Source: a virus. Taken from it: a stretch of DNA of 64,000 bases. The translations under genes and the position numbers were made by a program. Below are positions 47,840-56,304 of this stretch, piece by piece. How positions within the stretch are numbered: the stretch's first letter is position 1; every line of letters starts with the position of its first letter. The stretch spans positions 1 through 64,000 of the IMG/VR virus record IMGVR_UViG_3300047368_000327; one strand, given 5' to 3'. The notes under the pieces are model-generated. The model worked only from the letters and a program-made list of their open reading frames with translations, had not been told where the DNA came from and made no database searches.

Positions 47840-50317
47840 ATGGATATAAAAGTTAAGAAAAGAAATGGTCGCTTAGAAAGCTTCGAAGTTGATAAAATAA
47901 ATGCCAGCGCTCAAAGAGCTTGCGAAAACATTAAAGATGTTTCCCCTAGCGAAATAGTGCTAGACGCTCAATTACAATTATTCGACAAGATAACTACTGC
48001 CGAAATAGATCAAGCCTTAGTCCTTTCGGCTAGAGAAAAAATAGAGAAAGAGCCAAACTATTCTTATGCAGCATCAAAGCTTTTACTTAACTGCCTATAC
48101 AAAGAAGTATTCAAGGAAGGTGTAGACTCAGAAACCTTCTCTCTTCAATACAGAAAATCTTTTGTTCAAAATATTAAGAAACTAGTTTCATCAGGGGTAC
48201 TTAATTCCAAACTACTTGATTTTGATTTAAAAATGTTATCAGAATCTTTAATTCTAGAAAGGGATGACAGCTTTAAGTATCTAGGGATACAAGTTTTAAC
48301 GGACAGATACTTTATTAGGCAAGATGGTAAAGCTATGGAATCTCCTCAGGCTTTCTGGATGAGGGTTGCCATGGGGTTATCTCTTAACGAAAGCAACCCA
48401 AATGAAAAAGCTATAGAGTTTTACAATATATTTAGCCAATTTCTATACACCCCATCGACACCAACTCTTTTTAATAGCGGCACATCTCACTCTCAGCTCA
48501 GCTCTTGCTACTTAAATACGTTTGACGATTCGATTGATGGCATATTTGATGGCGCCTGGCAAGAAGCTAGAAAATCTAAGTTTGCAGGAGGCCTTGGCTT
48601 TGATGTAACTCCATTTAGGTCTACAGGATCTCATATCAAAGGCACTAATGGTATATCTGGGGGGCTAATTCCTTGGTTAAAAATTTACAATGATTTATTG
48701 GTTGCTGTAAATCAAGGCGGTAAGCGACCAGGTGCAGGTTGCGCATATCTTGAGCCTTGGCATCTGGATTATGAAGATTTTTTAAATCTCAGGAGAAATA
48801 CTGGAGACGACAGGCTTAGATGTCACGATATGAATACAGCTTCTTGGATTCCTGATGAATTCATGCGTAGAGTTCAAAATGAAGACGTTTGGTACTTTTT
48901 TGATCCTAAAGATACTACATGTGAAGACGGCAGAAATCTACACGATCTCTTTGGTAAAGAATTTGATAATAAATATAACGAACTTTGCAATCAAGCAGAA
49001 GAAGGGTTGGTAAAAAATTATAGAGTTACCCCCGCAAAAGACTTATGGAAAAAAATGCTTAAAGTATTATTTGAAACATCTCACCCTTGGAGTACATTTA
49101 AGGATCCATGTAATATTAGGTATACAAATCAGCATGAAGGAGTAGTTCACAGTAGTAATCTCTGCACGGAGATTACTCTTCACACAAAAGCCTCCAAATA
49201 TAAATCAGGAGAAAAGAAAGAAATAGGCGAAACAGCTGTTTGCAATTTAGGCTCGATTAACCTACTTAACCACCTAAAAGAAGACGATACTATTGATTAC
49301 AAAAAATTTGAATCTACAATTCATACTGCCATTAGGATTCTAGACAATGTCATAGACTTAAATTTTTACCCAACAAAAGAAGCGAGTAATTCCAATCTGA
49401 AGCATCGCCCCGTAGGGCTAGGCATGATGGCGATACACGATGTCCTCCACAGGATGAATATAAAAATGGATAGCGATGAAGCCGTACAGTTTAACGACAA
49501 ATTATTCGAGTTTTATTCTATGCATGCAATTTATGCCAGCTCACTTTTAGCTCAAGAACGAGGGGCTTATGATACATACGAGGGCTCATTATGGAGTAGA
49601 GGAGTTCTACCAATTGATTCTTACAATGATTTAATGGTTTATAAAGGCAAGCAAAAAGTCGCAAAAGAATCTGTTACCGGCAAACCCTTAACTGGTTACG
49701 GTCAAACACTCAAAGATTGGGGTAAAGTTAGATCGCATGTATCTGAATTCGGAATGCGTAATTCTAATGTTATGGCTATTGCGCCAACCGCCACTATAGG
49801 TTATATTAACGGGGTGGAGCAAAGCATTGAGCCAAACTTTTCAGTACTTTTTGTTTATGAGAATAAAAGCGGCAACTTTTATATAACGAACCAGCACTTT
49901 GTTAACGATATGAAAAAAGAAGGCTTATGGAATTCCGATCTATCCAAACTTGTTAAAAGCGTGGACGGAGATCTATCCCTACTTAACGGGGACATACCTT
50001 CATGGATTAAAGATAAATACAAAACCGCATTCGATAGAGATATGCTAAAATTGATTGACTGCAATTCTGTTCGTCAAAAATGGATAGATCAAGCTATCAG
50101 CTTCAATTTGTATAACAAAGGCACCTCTTTAAAATATCTTAATGATATATATATGGCTTGCTGGGAAGCTGGATTAAAGACTACTTACTACTTAAGAAAT
50201 AGAGCCGCAAGTAAAATAGAAAAGTCTACTGGAAGCGACAAATCCCCAAGTGAAGATCAATCCGCTTGCAGTATTGAGGCAATGAAAAACGGCGGAACAT
50301 GTGAAAGCTGCCAATAA
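47840..50317 (+). CDS. nrdA: Ribonucleotide reductase class I alpha subunit with ATP cone
   Basis: VKKRNG ATP cone, TPTLFNSG, LSSCY, SNLCTEI, CNLGSIN, APTAT, KTTYYLR, C-terminal CESCQ. Confidence 0.97.
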   Translation: MDIKVKKRNGRLESFEVDKINASAQRACENIKDVSPSEIVLDAQLQLFDKITTAEIDQALVLSAREKIEKEPNYSYAASKLLLNCLYKEVFKEGVDSETFSLQYRKSFVQNIKKLVSSGVLNSKLLDFDLKMLSESLILERDDSFKYLGIQVLTDRYFIRQDGKAMESPQAFWMRVAMGLSLNESNPNEKAIEFYNIFSQFLYTPSTPTLFNSGTSHSQLSSCYLNTFDDSIDGIFDGAWQEARKSKFAGGLGFDVTPFRSTGSHIKGTNGISGGLIPWLKIYNDLLVAVNQGGKRPGAGCAYLEPWHLDYEDFLNLRRNTGDDRLRCHDMNTASWIPDEFMRRVQNEDVWYFFDPKDTTCEDGRNLHDLFGKEFDNKYNELCNQAEEGLVKNYRVTPAKDLWKKMLKVLFETSHPWSTFKDPCNIRYTNQHEGVVHSSNLCTEITLHTKASKYKSGEKKEIGETAVCNLGSINLLNHLKEDDTIDYKKFESTIHTAIRILDNVIDLNFYPTKEASNSNLKHRPVGLGMMAIHDVLHRMNIKMDSDEAVQFNDKLFEFYSMHAIYASSLLAQERGAYDTYEGSLWSRGVLPIDSYNDLMVYKGKQKVAKESVTGKPLTGYGQTLKDWGKVRSHVSEFGMRNSNVMAIAPTATIGYINGVEQSIEPNFSVLFVYENKSGNFYITNQHFVNDMKKEGLWNSDLSKLVKSVDGDLSLLNGDIPSWIKDKYKTAFDRDMLKLIDCNSVRQKWIDQAISFNLYNKGTSLKYLNDIYMACWEAGLKTTYYLRNRAASKIEKSTGSDKSPSEDQSACSIEAMKNGGTCESCQ

Positions 50318-50711
50318 CAGAGCTTCAGGGGTAGCCATACTACACGGGAAGTCCGTATTGCTAGCTAAAAGGTGCGATACTTGCCATTTAACTAATAAAC
50401 GAATTCCTTTTGGAGGGTATTGGTCTATATTCGGCGGCACTATAGACAAAGGTGAAACCCCAAAAGAATGCGCAGGCAGGGAGCTGTACGAAGAGTCTAA
50501 GATATTTGTGGACTTTAAAGATATAAAATTTGTAAAGTCTTTTAAGGATAGGTATTCCACTTTTTATTTTCATGTGTATTATTGTGAAAAAATTGTTGCC
50601 CCTAAACTTTGCGAAGAGCATACGGAATTCGGTTGGTTTAAAATCGAAGAACTTAAAAATTTCAACGAGCCAATAGACTCAAAGATAGTTGACTGCATAA
50701 CTTCACTATAG
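50301..50711 (+). CDS. Nudix hydrolase
   Basis: Nudix box GGTIDKGETPKECAGRELYEES. Confidence 0.9.
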   Translation: MKAANNRASGVAILHGKSVLLAKRCDTCHLTNKRIPFGGYWSIFGGTIDKGETPKECAGRELYEESKIFVDFKDIKFVKSFKDRYSTFYFHVYYCEKIVAPKLCEEHTEFGWFKIEELKNFNEPIDSKIVDCITSL

Positions 50712-50729
50712 ATCATTATCTATTTTATT

Positions 50730-50744
50730 GTGTAATTAAATTAC
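50730..50744 (+). promoter_or_regulatory. GTGTA element 10 nt upstream of ATG
   Basis: GTGTA-ATTAAATTAC-ATG. Confidence 0.5.
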
Positions 50745-51944
50745 ATGAAAGCAAAAATAGTTAACAGCATAATGTCTGCCCTACTGGATAATCCAATATC
50801 CAATAACATAAAAAAAAACCACTTTGAGTCAAAAATACTTAATGTCTCAGAACATCCTGCTGACCCAAGAGATTGGGTACACTCTTCAAGCTTAGACGCT
50901 AGTACATCAATAGACATCAAGGAGTTCTCAAGAAGAGATCTTTGCCCTGAGGTGGCTAATCAAGGCTCGATAGGTTCTTGCGTCGGTCATAGCGGTAGAG
51001 TTGTCTTAGGTTCATCCAACACCTTCAAGGAGCAAGAGCCTAGCTCAATGTGGATATATAAAACTGCCAAAAAATATGACGCATGGGCCGGTGAAGACTA
51101 TTCTGGAACTTCAATACGGGGAGCAGCAAGCGCACTAATAAACGAAGGGTGTTGCTTTGAGAGTTTTTGGCCATACGTTTCCAGCGAATTTAGCTCTCCA
51201 AAAGAAGGAGCTAAAGAAGATGCTGCGCTTAAAAAAATTGGCTCTTATCATGTTATACCTACTGATAAAACAGTAGAGATAAAGAAAATGCTTCTAGACA
51301 GGCCAATGTGGTATGCTTTCAAGGTCAGGAGTTATTTTTTCTCAATTGGCTATAATGGAATCATTGACACGGAGAGATATTTAGCCTCTGATTCGGCGGG
51401 TGGCCACGCAGTATGTCTGGTTGGATGGAAGTACATAGAGGGAAAACTTTATTGGGAGTTCCAAAATAGCTGGGGATCTTTTTTTGGCAATGATGGTTAT
51501 TTTTTTATGGAAGACTCTTTGTTCAGATCTCAAATAATAAACTCAATAGGGCCCTATTATGTAGAGATAAATAAAGGATTCTACAATCATCCTGTGGATC
51601 CCGAACCAGAACCCGTGAATCCCGAACCAGAACCTGTGGATCCCGAACCAGAACCTGTGGATCCCGAACCAGAACCTGTGGATCCCGAACCAGGACCTGT
51701 GGATCCCGAACCAGAACCCGTGGATCCCGAACCAGAACCTGTGGATCCTGAGCCGAAAAGCAAGAGTAAAACAGGAATTATAATCGGAGCTATAGTTCTA
51801 TTTATTTTAATTATCTTAGTCTCACAATCTTACAGTGATGGTGACCAACCTATGAACTGGGATGAAAAACTAGACAAAGAGTTTGAGGAAAAAGGAATAG
51901 ATAGAGATCTACTATTAAAGGAGTACAAGAACAATAACAAATAG
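50745..51944 (+). CDS. Papain-like (C1) cysteine peptidase with Pro-rich linker and C-terminal membrane anchor
   Basis: QGSIGSC, GGHAV, QNSWG catalytic motifs; (PVDPEPE)n linker; TM segment IIIGAIVLFILIILV. Confidence 0.88.
   Translation: MKAKIVNSIMSALLDNPISNNIKKNHFESKILNVSEHPADPRDWVHSSSLDASTSIDIKEFSRRDLCPEVANQGSIGSCVGHSGRVVLGSSNTFKEQEPSSMWIYKTAKKYDAWAGEDYSGTSIRGAASALINEGCCFESFWPYVSSEFSSPKEGAKEDAALKKIGSYHVIPTDKTVEIKKMLLDRPMWYAFKVRSYFFSIGYNGIIDTERYLASDSAGGHAVCLVGWKYIEGKLYWEFQNSWGSFFGNDGYFFMEDSLFRSQIINSIGPYYVEINKGFYNHPVDPEPEPVNPEPEPVDPEPEPVDPEPEPVDPEPGPVDPEPEPVDPEPEPVDPEPKSKSKTGIIIGAIVLFILIILVSQSYSDGDQPMNWDEKLDKEFEEKGIDRDLLLKEYKNNNK
51591..51755 (+). repeat. 21-bp tandem repeat, about 7.9 copies, encoding PVDPEPE
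   Basis: CCTGTGGATCCCGAACCAGAA repeated with few substitutions. Confidence 0.97.
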
Positions 51945-51949
51945 TTCAA

Positions 51950-52267
51950 GTGAATTTAATAATAGACTGCACTCTCTCAGAGCCTCCCAGCGAAATATCA
52001 TCGTTCAGAGATGTAACAATGTACAGTAAAATTTTCCACTTTGAAGACGTCTTACTTTCGTGTAAAACTGGAACTAGGTCCATGTACTGGCAATGGTTAA
52101 AAAATAATGGCGCACATGATTACATTGCGCATGTATTAAACGAAGAAGAAAATGAAGCAGGTATACTAATGCATCCAAACAGTGGAGACATCATAATAGA
52201 TAGAATAACTGCTTTTAATTTAAATTATATAATCAACCAACTTAAACTAATATCAAACAACTTTTAA
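51950..52267 (+). CDS. Hypothetical protein
   Basis: 105-aa ORF with GTG start, filling the gap between genes. Confidence 0.5.
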   Translation: MNLIIDCTLSEPPSEISSFRDVTMYSKIFHFEDVLLSCKTGTRSMYWQWLKNNGAHDYIAHVLNEEENEAGILMHPNSGDIIIDRITAFNLNYIINQLKLISNNF

Positions 52268-52268
52268 T

Positions 52269-52592
52269 ATGAAATTTTATTTTTTTATTTTAATTTTTCC
52301 TTTTGTAATCAACTGTTCCACCCTCAAGAGTGGAAAACCTCTTCATGCTGAACAAAAGATAGAACAAGTAATACCAAACATACAACACTTCAATAAAGCA
52401 GATATAAATAAAGACAATGTAATAGATAAAAATGAATCAATTCAATTCTATAAAAAAAATAATTCAATAAATTATGATTTACCTTTTACGGTTTTCTCTA
52501 TCATGGCTGGAGTTGTTTTGTTTATCTGCTTTTGGCCCTTGGTTATTTCTTACGTGTCCTCATTAATAAAACGGTTCAAGAAGTCTTCTTAA
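52269..52592 (+). CDS. Putative lipoprotein with EF-hand loop and C-terminal TM helix
   Basis: MKFYFFILIFPFVINC signal/lipobox-like; DINKDNVIDKNE loop; hydrophobic C-terminus. Confidence 0.55.
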   Translation: MKFYFFILIFPFVINCSTLKSGKPLHAEQKIEQVIPNIQHFNKADINKDNVIDKNESIQFYKKNNSINYDLPFTVFSIMAGVVLFICFWPLVISYVSSLIKRFKKSS

Positions 52593-52600
52593 TTTTTTAG

Positions 52601-52629
52601 TTGACTATTTAGCGTCCTTATTGTATACT
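52601..52629 (+). promoter_or_regulatory. Sigma70 promoter of nrdB
   Basis: TTGACT-17-TATACT. Confidence 0.7.
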
Positions 52630-52669
52630 TATGTGATCTAATAATTAATTACATTCGTTATACATATAC

Positions 52670-53683
52670 ATGAAAGATAAAACAGGAGAACTTTTAACAG
52701 ATAATATTGCTGGAGTAAATAGGATTTTACCGCATAAACACAAGTACGCATGGGATTTATTTTTAAAAAGTTGTGCTAACAACTGGATGCCAACAGAAAT
52801 ATCCATGCAAAATGATATCGCCCAATGGAAGAACAATGAAATTACAGAAGATGAAAAATTGCTTGTTAAACGCTGTCTTGGATTTTTCGCTGGAAGCGAG
52901 TCTTTGGTTGGTAATAATTTGCTTTTGTCTGCCTTTCGTTATGTTACAGACGCTGAGTGCCGCCAGTATATATTACGTCAGGCTTTTGAAGAGAGCTTGC
53001 ATAACCTTACGGTAGTTTATATTTGTGACAGTTTAGACTTAGACATAGATGAAGTTTACGCCGCCTACCAAAATGTACCAAGTATAAAGGCTAAGGATGA
53101 TTTCCTAATGCAGATCACTGACGATATTAGTGCTCAAGATTTTAAATCCACAACCAAAGAAGGAAAACAAGCCATATTAAGAAACTTCTTGAGCTATTGG
53201 ATTATTTGTGAGGGCACATTTTTCTTCAGCGGCTTCGCCATGTTGCTAGCTTTAGGGCGTCAAAATAAACTTCAAGGAATTTCTGATCAAATTAAATATA
53301 CCCTTAGGGATGAAAGCTCTCATATAGCGTTTGGAACCTACTTGATAAACACCCTAATAGAGCAAAACCCATCTATCTGGACTAAAGAAATTCAAAATGA
53401 GTTCGTTGACCATATCAAAAAAGCAGTAGACCTAGAAATAGCGTATGCAAAAGATGTATTACCCACGGGGATACTTGGCTTAAATGCAGATATGTTTGTA
53501 GACTACATGCACTATATAGGTAATAGGCGCCTAGAAGCAATAGGTCTTGATTACAGGTTTCCTAGTGACAAGAATCCTTTTCCATGGCTAGGTGAAGTAG
53601 TAGACGTTCAAGCTATGGGTAATTTCTTCGAGAGAAGGGTAAGGGAGTATCAGCAAAGCGGATCTTTAGAGGACGATTTCTAA
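52670..53683 (+). CDS. nrdB: Ribonucleotide reductase beta subunit, class Ic (R2c)-type
   Basis: FFAGSESLVGNN, RQAFEESLH, EGTFFFSGF, RDESSH, NPFPW, NFFERRVREY. Confidence 0.95.
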   Translation: MKDKTGELLTDNIAGVNRILPHKHKYAWDLFLKSCANNWMPTEISMQNDIAQWKNNEITEDEKLLVKRCLGFFAGSESLVGNNLLLSAFRYVTDAECRQYILRQAFEESLHNLTVVYICDSLDLDIDEVYAAYQNVPSIKAKDDFLMQITDDISAQDFKSTTKEGKQAILRNFLSYWIICEGTFFFSGFAMLLALGRQNKLQGISDQIKYTLRDESSHIAFGTYLINTLIEQNPSIWTKEIQNEFVDHIKKAVDLEIAYAKDVLPTGILGLNADMFVDYMHYIGNRRLEAIGLDYRFPSDKNPFPWLGEVVDVQAMGNFFERRVREYQQSGSLEDDF

Positions 53684-53690
53684 AACTTGA

Positions 53691-53704
53691 GTGTAATAAT
53701 ATAG
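53691..53704 (+). promoter_or_regulatory. GTGTA element 9 nt upstream of GTG start
   Basis: GTGTA-ATAATATAG-GTG. Confidence 0.5.
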
Positions 53705-53956
53705 GTGGCAGAGATACCTATATATATGTTAAGCAGCGTTAGCGGCGAAACTGGGATTTTTAATCATACCAACAGTTCAAATATAAGTTCTAACTCTGTT
53801 TCCTCTTCTTCGTTGTCCTCTAACTATATTTCCTCCAACTCTATAAGTGGAGGCTACTTGACCCTTGATTACGATAATATTCCTTCTGTCGATCCACTCG
53901 TTAAGGGGGCCGTATGGAGAGATACTAATAATTTTCTTAAAATAAGTGCTGGGTAA
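53705..53956 (+). CDS. Small Ser-rich putative virion protein
   Basis: Pentapeptide Ser repeats plus C-terminal IPSVDPLVKGAVWRD...LKISAG, reminiscent of small fibre-like domains. Confidence 0.5.
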   Translation: MAEIPIYMLSSVSGETGIFNHTNSSNISSNSVSSSSLSSNYISSNSISGGYLTLDYDNIPSVDPLVKGAVWRDTNNFLKISAG

Positions 53957-53985
53957 ATTCATATAATATTTTATAATCTACTAGA

Positions 53986-54519
53986 ATGGATGATTATAAA
54001 GGTAAATTATTAAGAAAACTAAAAGTAAGATGCTCAGAGGTAAATCAAGAGCTGATTGAAGTTAATGCTATTTACGATCAATCCGTATCGCCCTTCTGTC
54101 TAGAGGTATCCTCTTATTGCAAAAAAAATAACCTCAAAAATCCACTAGACAAACCAAAAGAAGATAAAAAAGAAGAAGGTTGTAAAATTATACCTCCTGA
54201 ATTTAAATCTCTATACAGGCAAATCGCCATCCAAACCCACCCAGACAAAGGAGAAGATGATGTAAAAATTGAAAAATATCAACAAGCGACAGAAGCAAAA
54301 AAAGAAAGCAAAATAGACAAACTAGTATCAATAGCTAAAGATTTAAAGATAAATTTAAATCAAATGAAATTTTCTGATATCAAAACTATAGAAAACAGCA
54401 TAATTGATACAGAAAAAATGATACACCAGGTTAGAAACAGTTATGTTTGGGCCTGGGCTATGGCTGCCAACAATAAGAGGGATGACATTATATTCAAATT
54501 CGTTATGAATAATGTGTAA
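53986..54519 (+). CDS. J-domain (DnaJ-like) protein
   Basis: FKSLYRQIAIQTHPDKG with HPD motif. Confidence 0.7.
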   Translation: MDDYKGKLLRKLKVRCSEVNQELIEVNAIYDQSVSPFCLEVSSYCKKNNLKNPLDKPKEDKKEEGCKIIPPEFKSLYRQIAIQTHPDKGEDDVKIEKYQQATEAKKESKIDKLVSIAKDLKINLNQMKFSDIKTIENSIIDTEKMIHQVRNSYVWAWAMAANNKRDDIIFKFVMNNV

Positions 54520-54736
54520 TCTAACTCTTGATGGACTGTAGACTTTTAAGTTTTTTTTTATTTATACTTTTTTGCAATTATAGCAATAAATATAATGGCC
54601 TACAATTCTTTCTCAATGATTAAGAATATTGATATAAATGGCCATTTTAATAATAAAAAAAACCGCTAAATTAGTAGTCAAAAAGCTATCCAAGCTTGTT
54701 GTCATACAACATGACACGCCAGCTCCACCAACATAA

Positions 54737-55378
54737 ATGATATCTTACGTTAAAAATGCATACCAAAAAGCAAAAAATGTGTACGAATATAAAGCGCTAC
54801 GAATACTAGAATATCTAGATAGAGAGCTAAAATATGAGGAATCTTTAACACACTATACTGATCAAAATAAATTAATAAAACTATCAATGGAATACGAAGC
54901 ATATAAATTCGAAAATGAAATACATAGCCTTAGTTCTATGCCAGAAACAGCCATCGAAGAAATTATAAGAATCAATAAAAAGATTACTGACCACACTTGG
55001 GGAGTAATACTTGAATCTGAAAAGGTTTCTGATATAAATGTATACATAGCTCAGATGAACAAGGTGCAAATCAACGCCAGAAAAGCTAACTTTTTTGTTA
55101 TTACTGATTCAGAAGAAATACTTTTAAAATTAAATGACGTTTTTAATTGGATGAATAAAATTTTTTATATTGTCCCAAATACATATAATAGTAGTATCAG
55201 CGAGGAATACAGAAGTAGCATAAATTTCCATTGCCTCAAGCATCTGGAAAAGCATATCTCAACCCCTGGCTCCGTATACATGAATCATTTAAAGGACATG
55301 GGTGGTAGGCAAATTACAGTCCCAAGCCCCACTCGTGTCTTTTGCTTTAACTCAAAAAGACTAGTTCCCGGATCATGA
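54737..55378 (+). CDS. Hypothetical protein (possibly degenerate fucosyltransferase-like fold)
   Basis: 213 aa. FFVITDSEE resembles the F.xSD motif of GT11/GT23. First gene of the second glycan block. Confidence 0.4.
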   Translation: MISYVKNAYQKAKNVYEYKALRILEYLDRELKYEESLTHYTDQNKLIKLSMEYEAYKFENEIHSLSSMPETAIEEIIRINKKITDHTWGVILESEKVSDINVYIAQMNKVQINARKANFFVITDSEEILLKLNDVFNWMNKIFYIVPNTYNSSISEEYRSSINFHCLKHLEKHISTPGSVYMNHLKDMGGRQITVPSPTRVFCFNSKRLVPGS

Positions 55379-56304
55379 AAAGAATATCTTACATATTAGT
55401 TTCCAGAAATGACAATTACAACGGCGATTCCGTTGGGCGCTGCATCAATACGGTCAATCATGCTTGCGAGATAATTACCAGAAATAATGTCGTAGATCAG
55501 TCTGAAGTTGTATTGGTTGATTGGTGCTCCCGTAGCGGCTCTCTAAAGGAATCGATAGCCTCTCGATTAGTTCCTGAAACAAAAGGGCTTCTCAAGATTG
55601 TTACGGTTCCACCTGATATAGCAGACAAACACCAAGGAGATTCTCCTTTTTCTGAAGTTCATGCCATGAACGTTGGTTTTAGGCAAATGGAGGGAAAGCA
55701 TTTTGCCAGAATAGATCAGGATACATTAATTGGCCAGCGTTTTATGGATTGGTTTTATCACGAATACGAAGTTAAGGATTATGGGTGGACGTGGCCACGA
55801 GCCGCCTTCTGTAGCCGCAGAAATTTAAGCGAAGACCAATCTCATCATTCCGTATTCAGGGATTATATATACGACCAAAAGTTAGCTATGAAAGTCGACA
55901 TTTGTCACGAGCATAACCATTACAGCCGCCTCATGCCTAACGAACAGATATTTCCTTTTTATGGCGGCGCAGTAGGAGTTATGATGGTTGACAGAGATTG
56001 CTATCTTGAGCACAAAGGTTTCAACGAACAGCTGGTCTATATGAATAGCATGGACACAGAGTTTCTTAACCGCATAGCAGCTAAAGAAGAAATATATAAT
56101 TTATGTTTGGCTATTGACGGAGACTTTTATCATCAATACCATGGTAGATCCGATGGCGCATCCAACGATACCACTCAGCCACACGCCCAGCACGAAGGAG
56201 AAAGAAAAACAAACGATTTAGATATCAGGAACAAAATGATAGATAACCCAAACCCAGATAACTGGGGTTTATTAGATGAAGATTTAGAAATAACAAAAAT
56301 ATGA
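55375..56304 (+). CDS. GT-A fold glycosyltransferase (GT2/GT7-like)
   Basis: SRNDNY, LVDW, RIDQD, GFNEQLVYMNSMDTEF..R. Confidence 0.7.
   Translation: MKRISYILVSRNDNYNGDSVGRCINTVNHACEIITRNNVVDQSEVVLVDWCSRSGSLKESIASRLVPETKGLLKIVTVPPDIADKHQGDSPFSEVHAMNVGFRQMEGKHFARIDQDTLIGQRFMDWFYHEYEVKDYGWTWPRAAFCSRRNLSEDQSHHSVFRDYIYDQKLAMKVDICHEHNHYSRLMPNEQIFPFYGGAVGVMMVDRDCYLEHKGFNEQLVYMNSMDTEFLNRIAAKEEIYNLCLAIDGDFYHQYHGRSDGASNDTTQPHAQHEGERKTNDLDIRNKMIDNPNPDNWGLLDEDLEITKI

Noticed and set aside
47840-53683. Intein, intron or homing endonuclease in nrdA/nrdB
   Set aside because: Both ORFs are continuous and of normal length. The intervening genes are not endonucleases.
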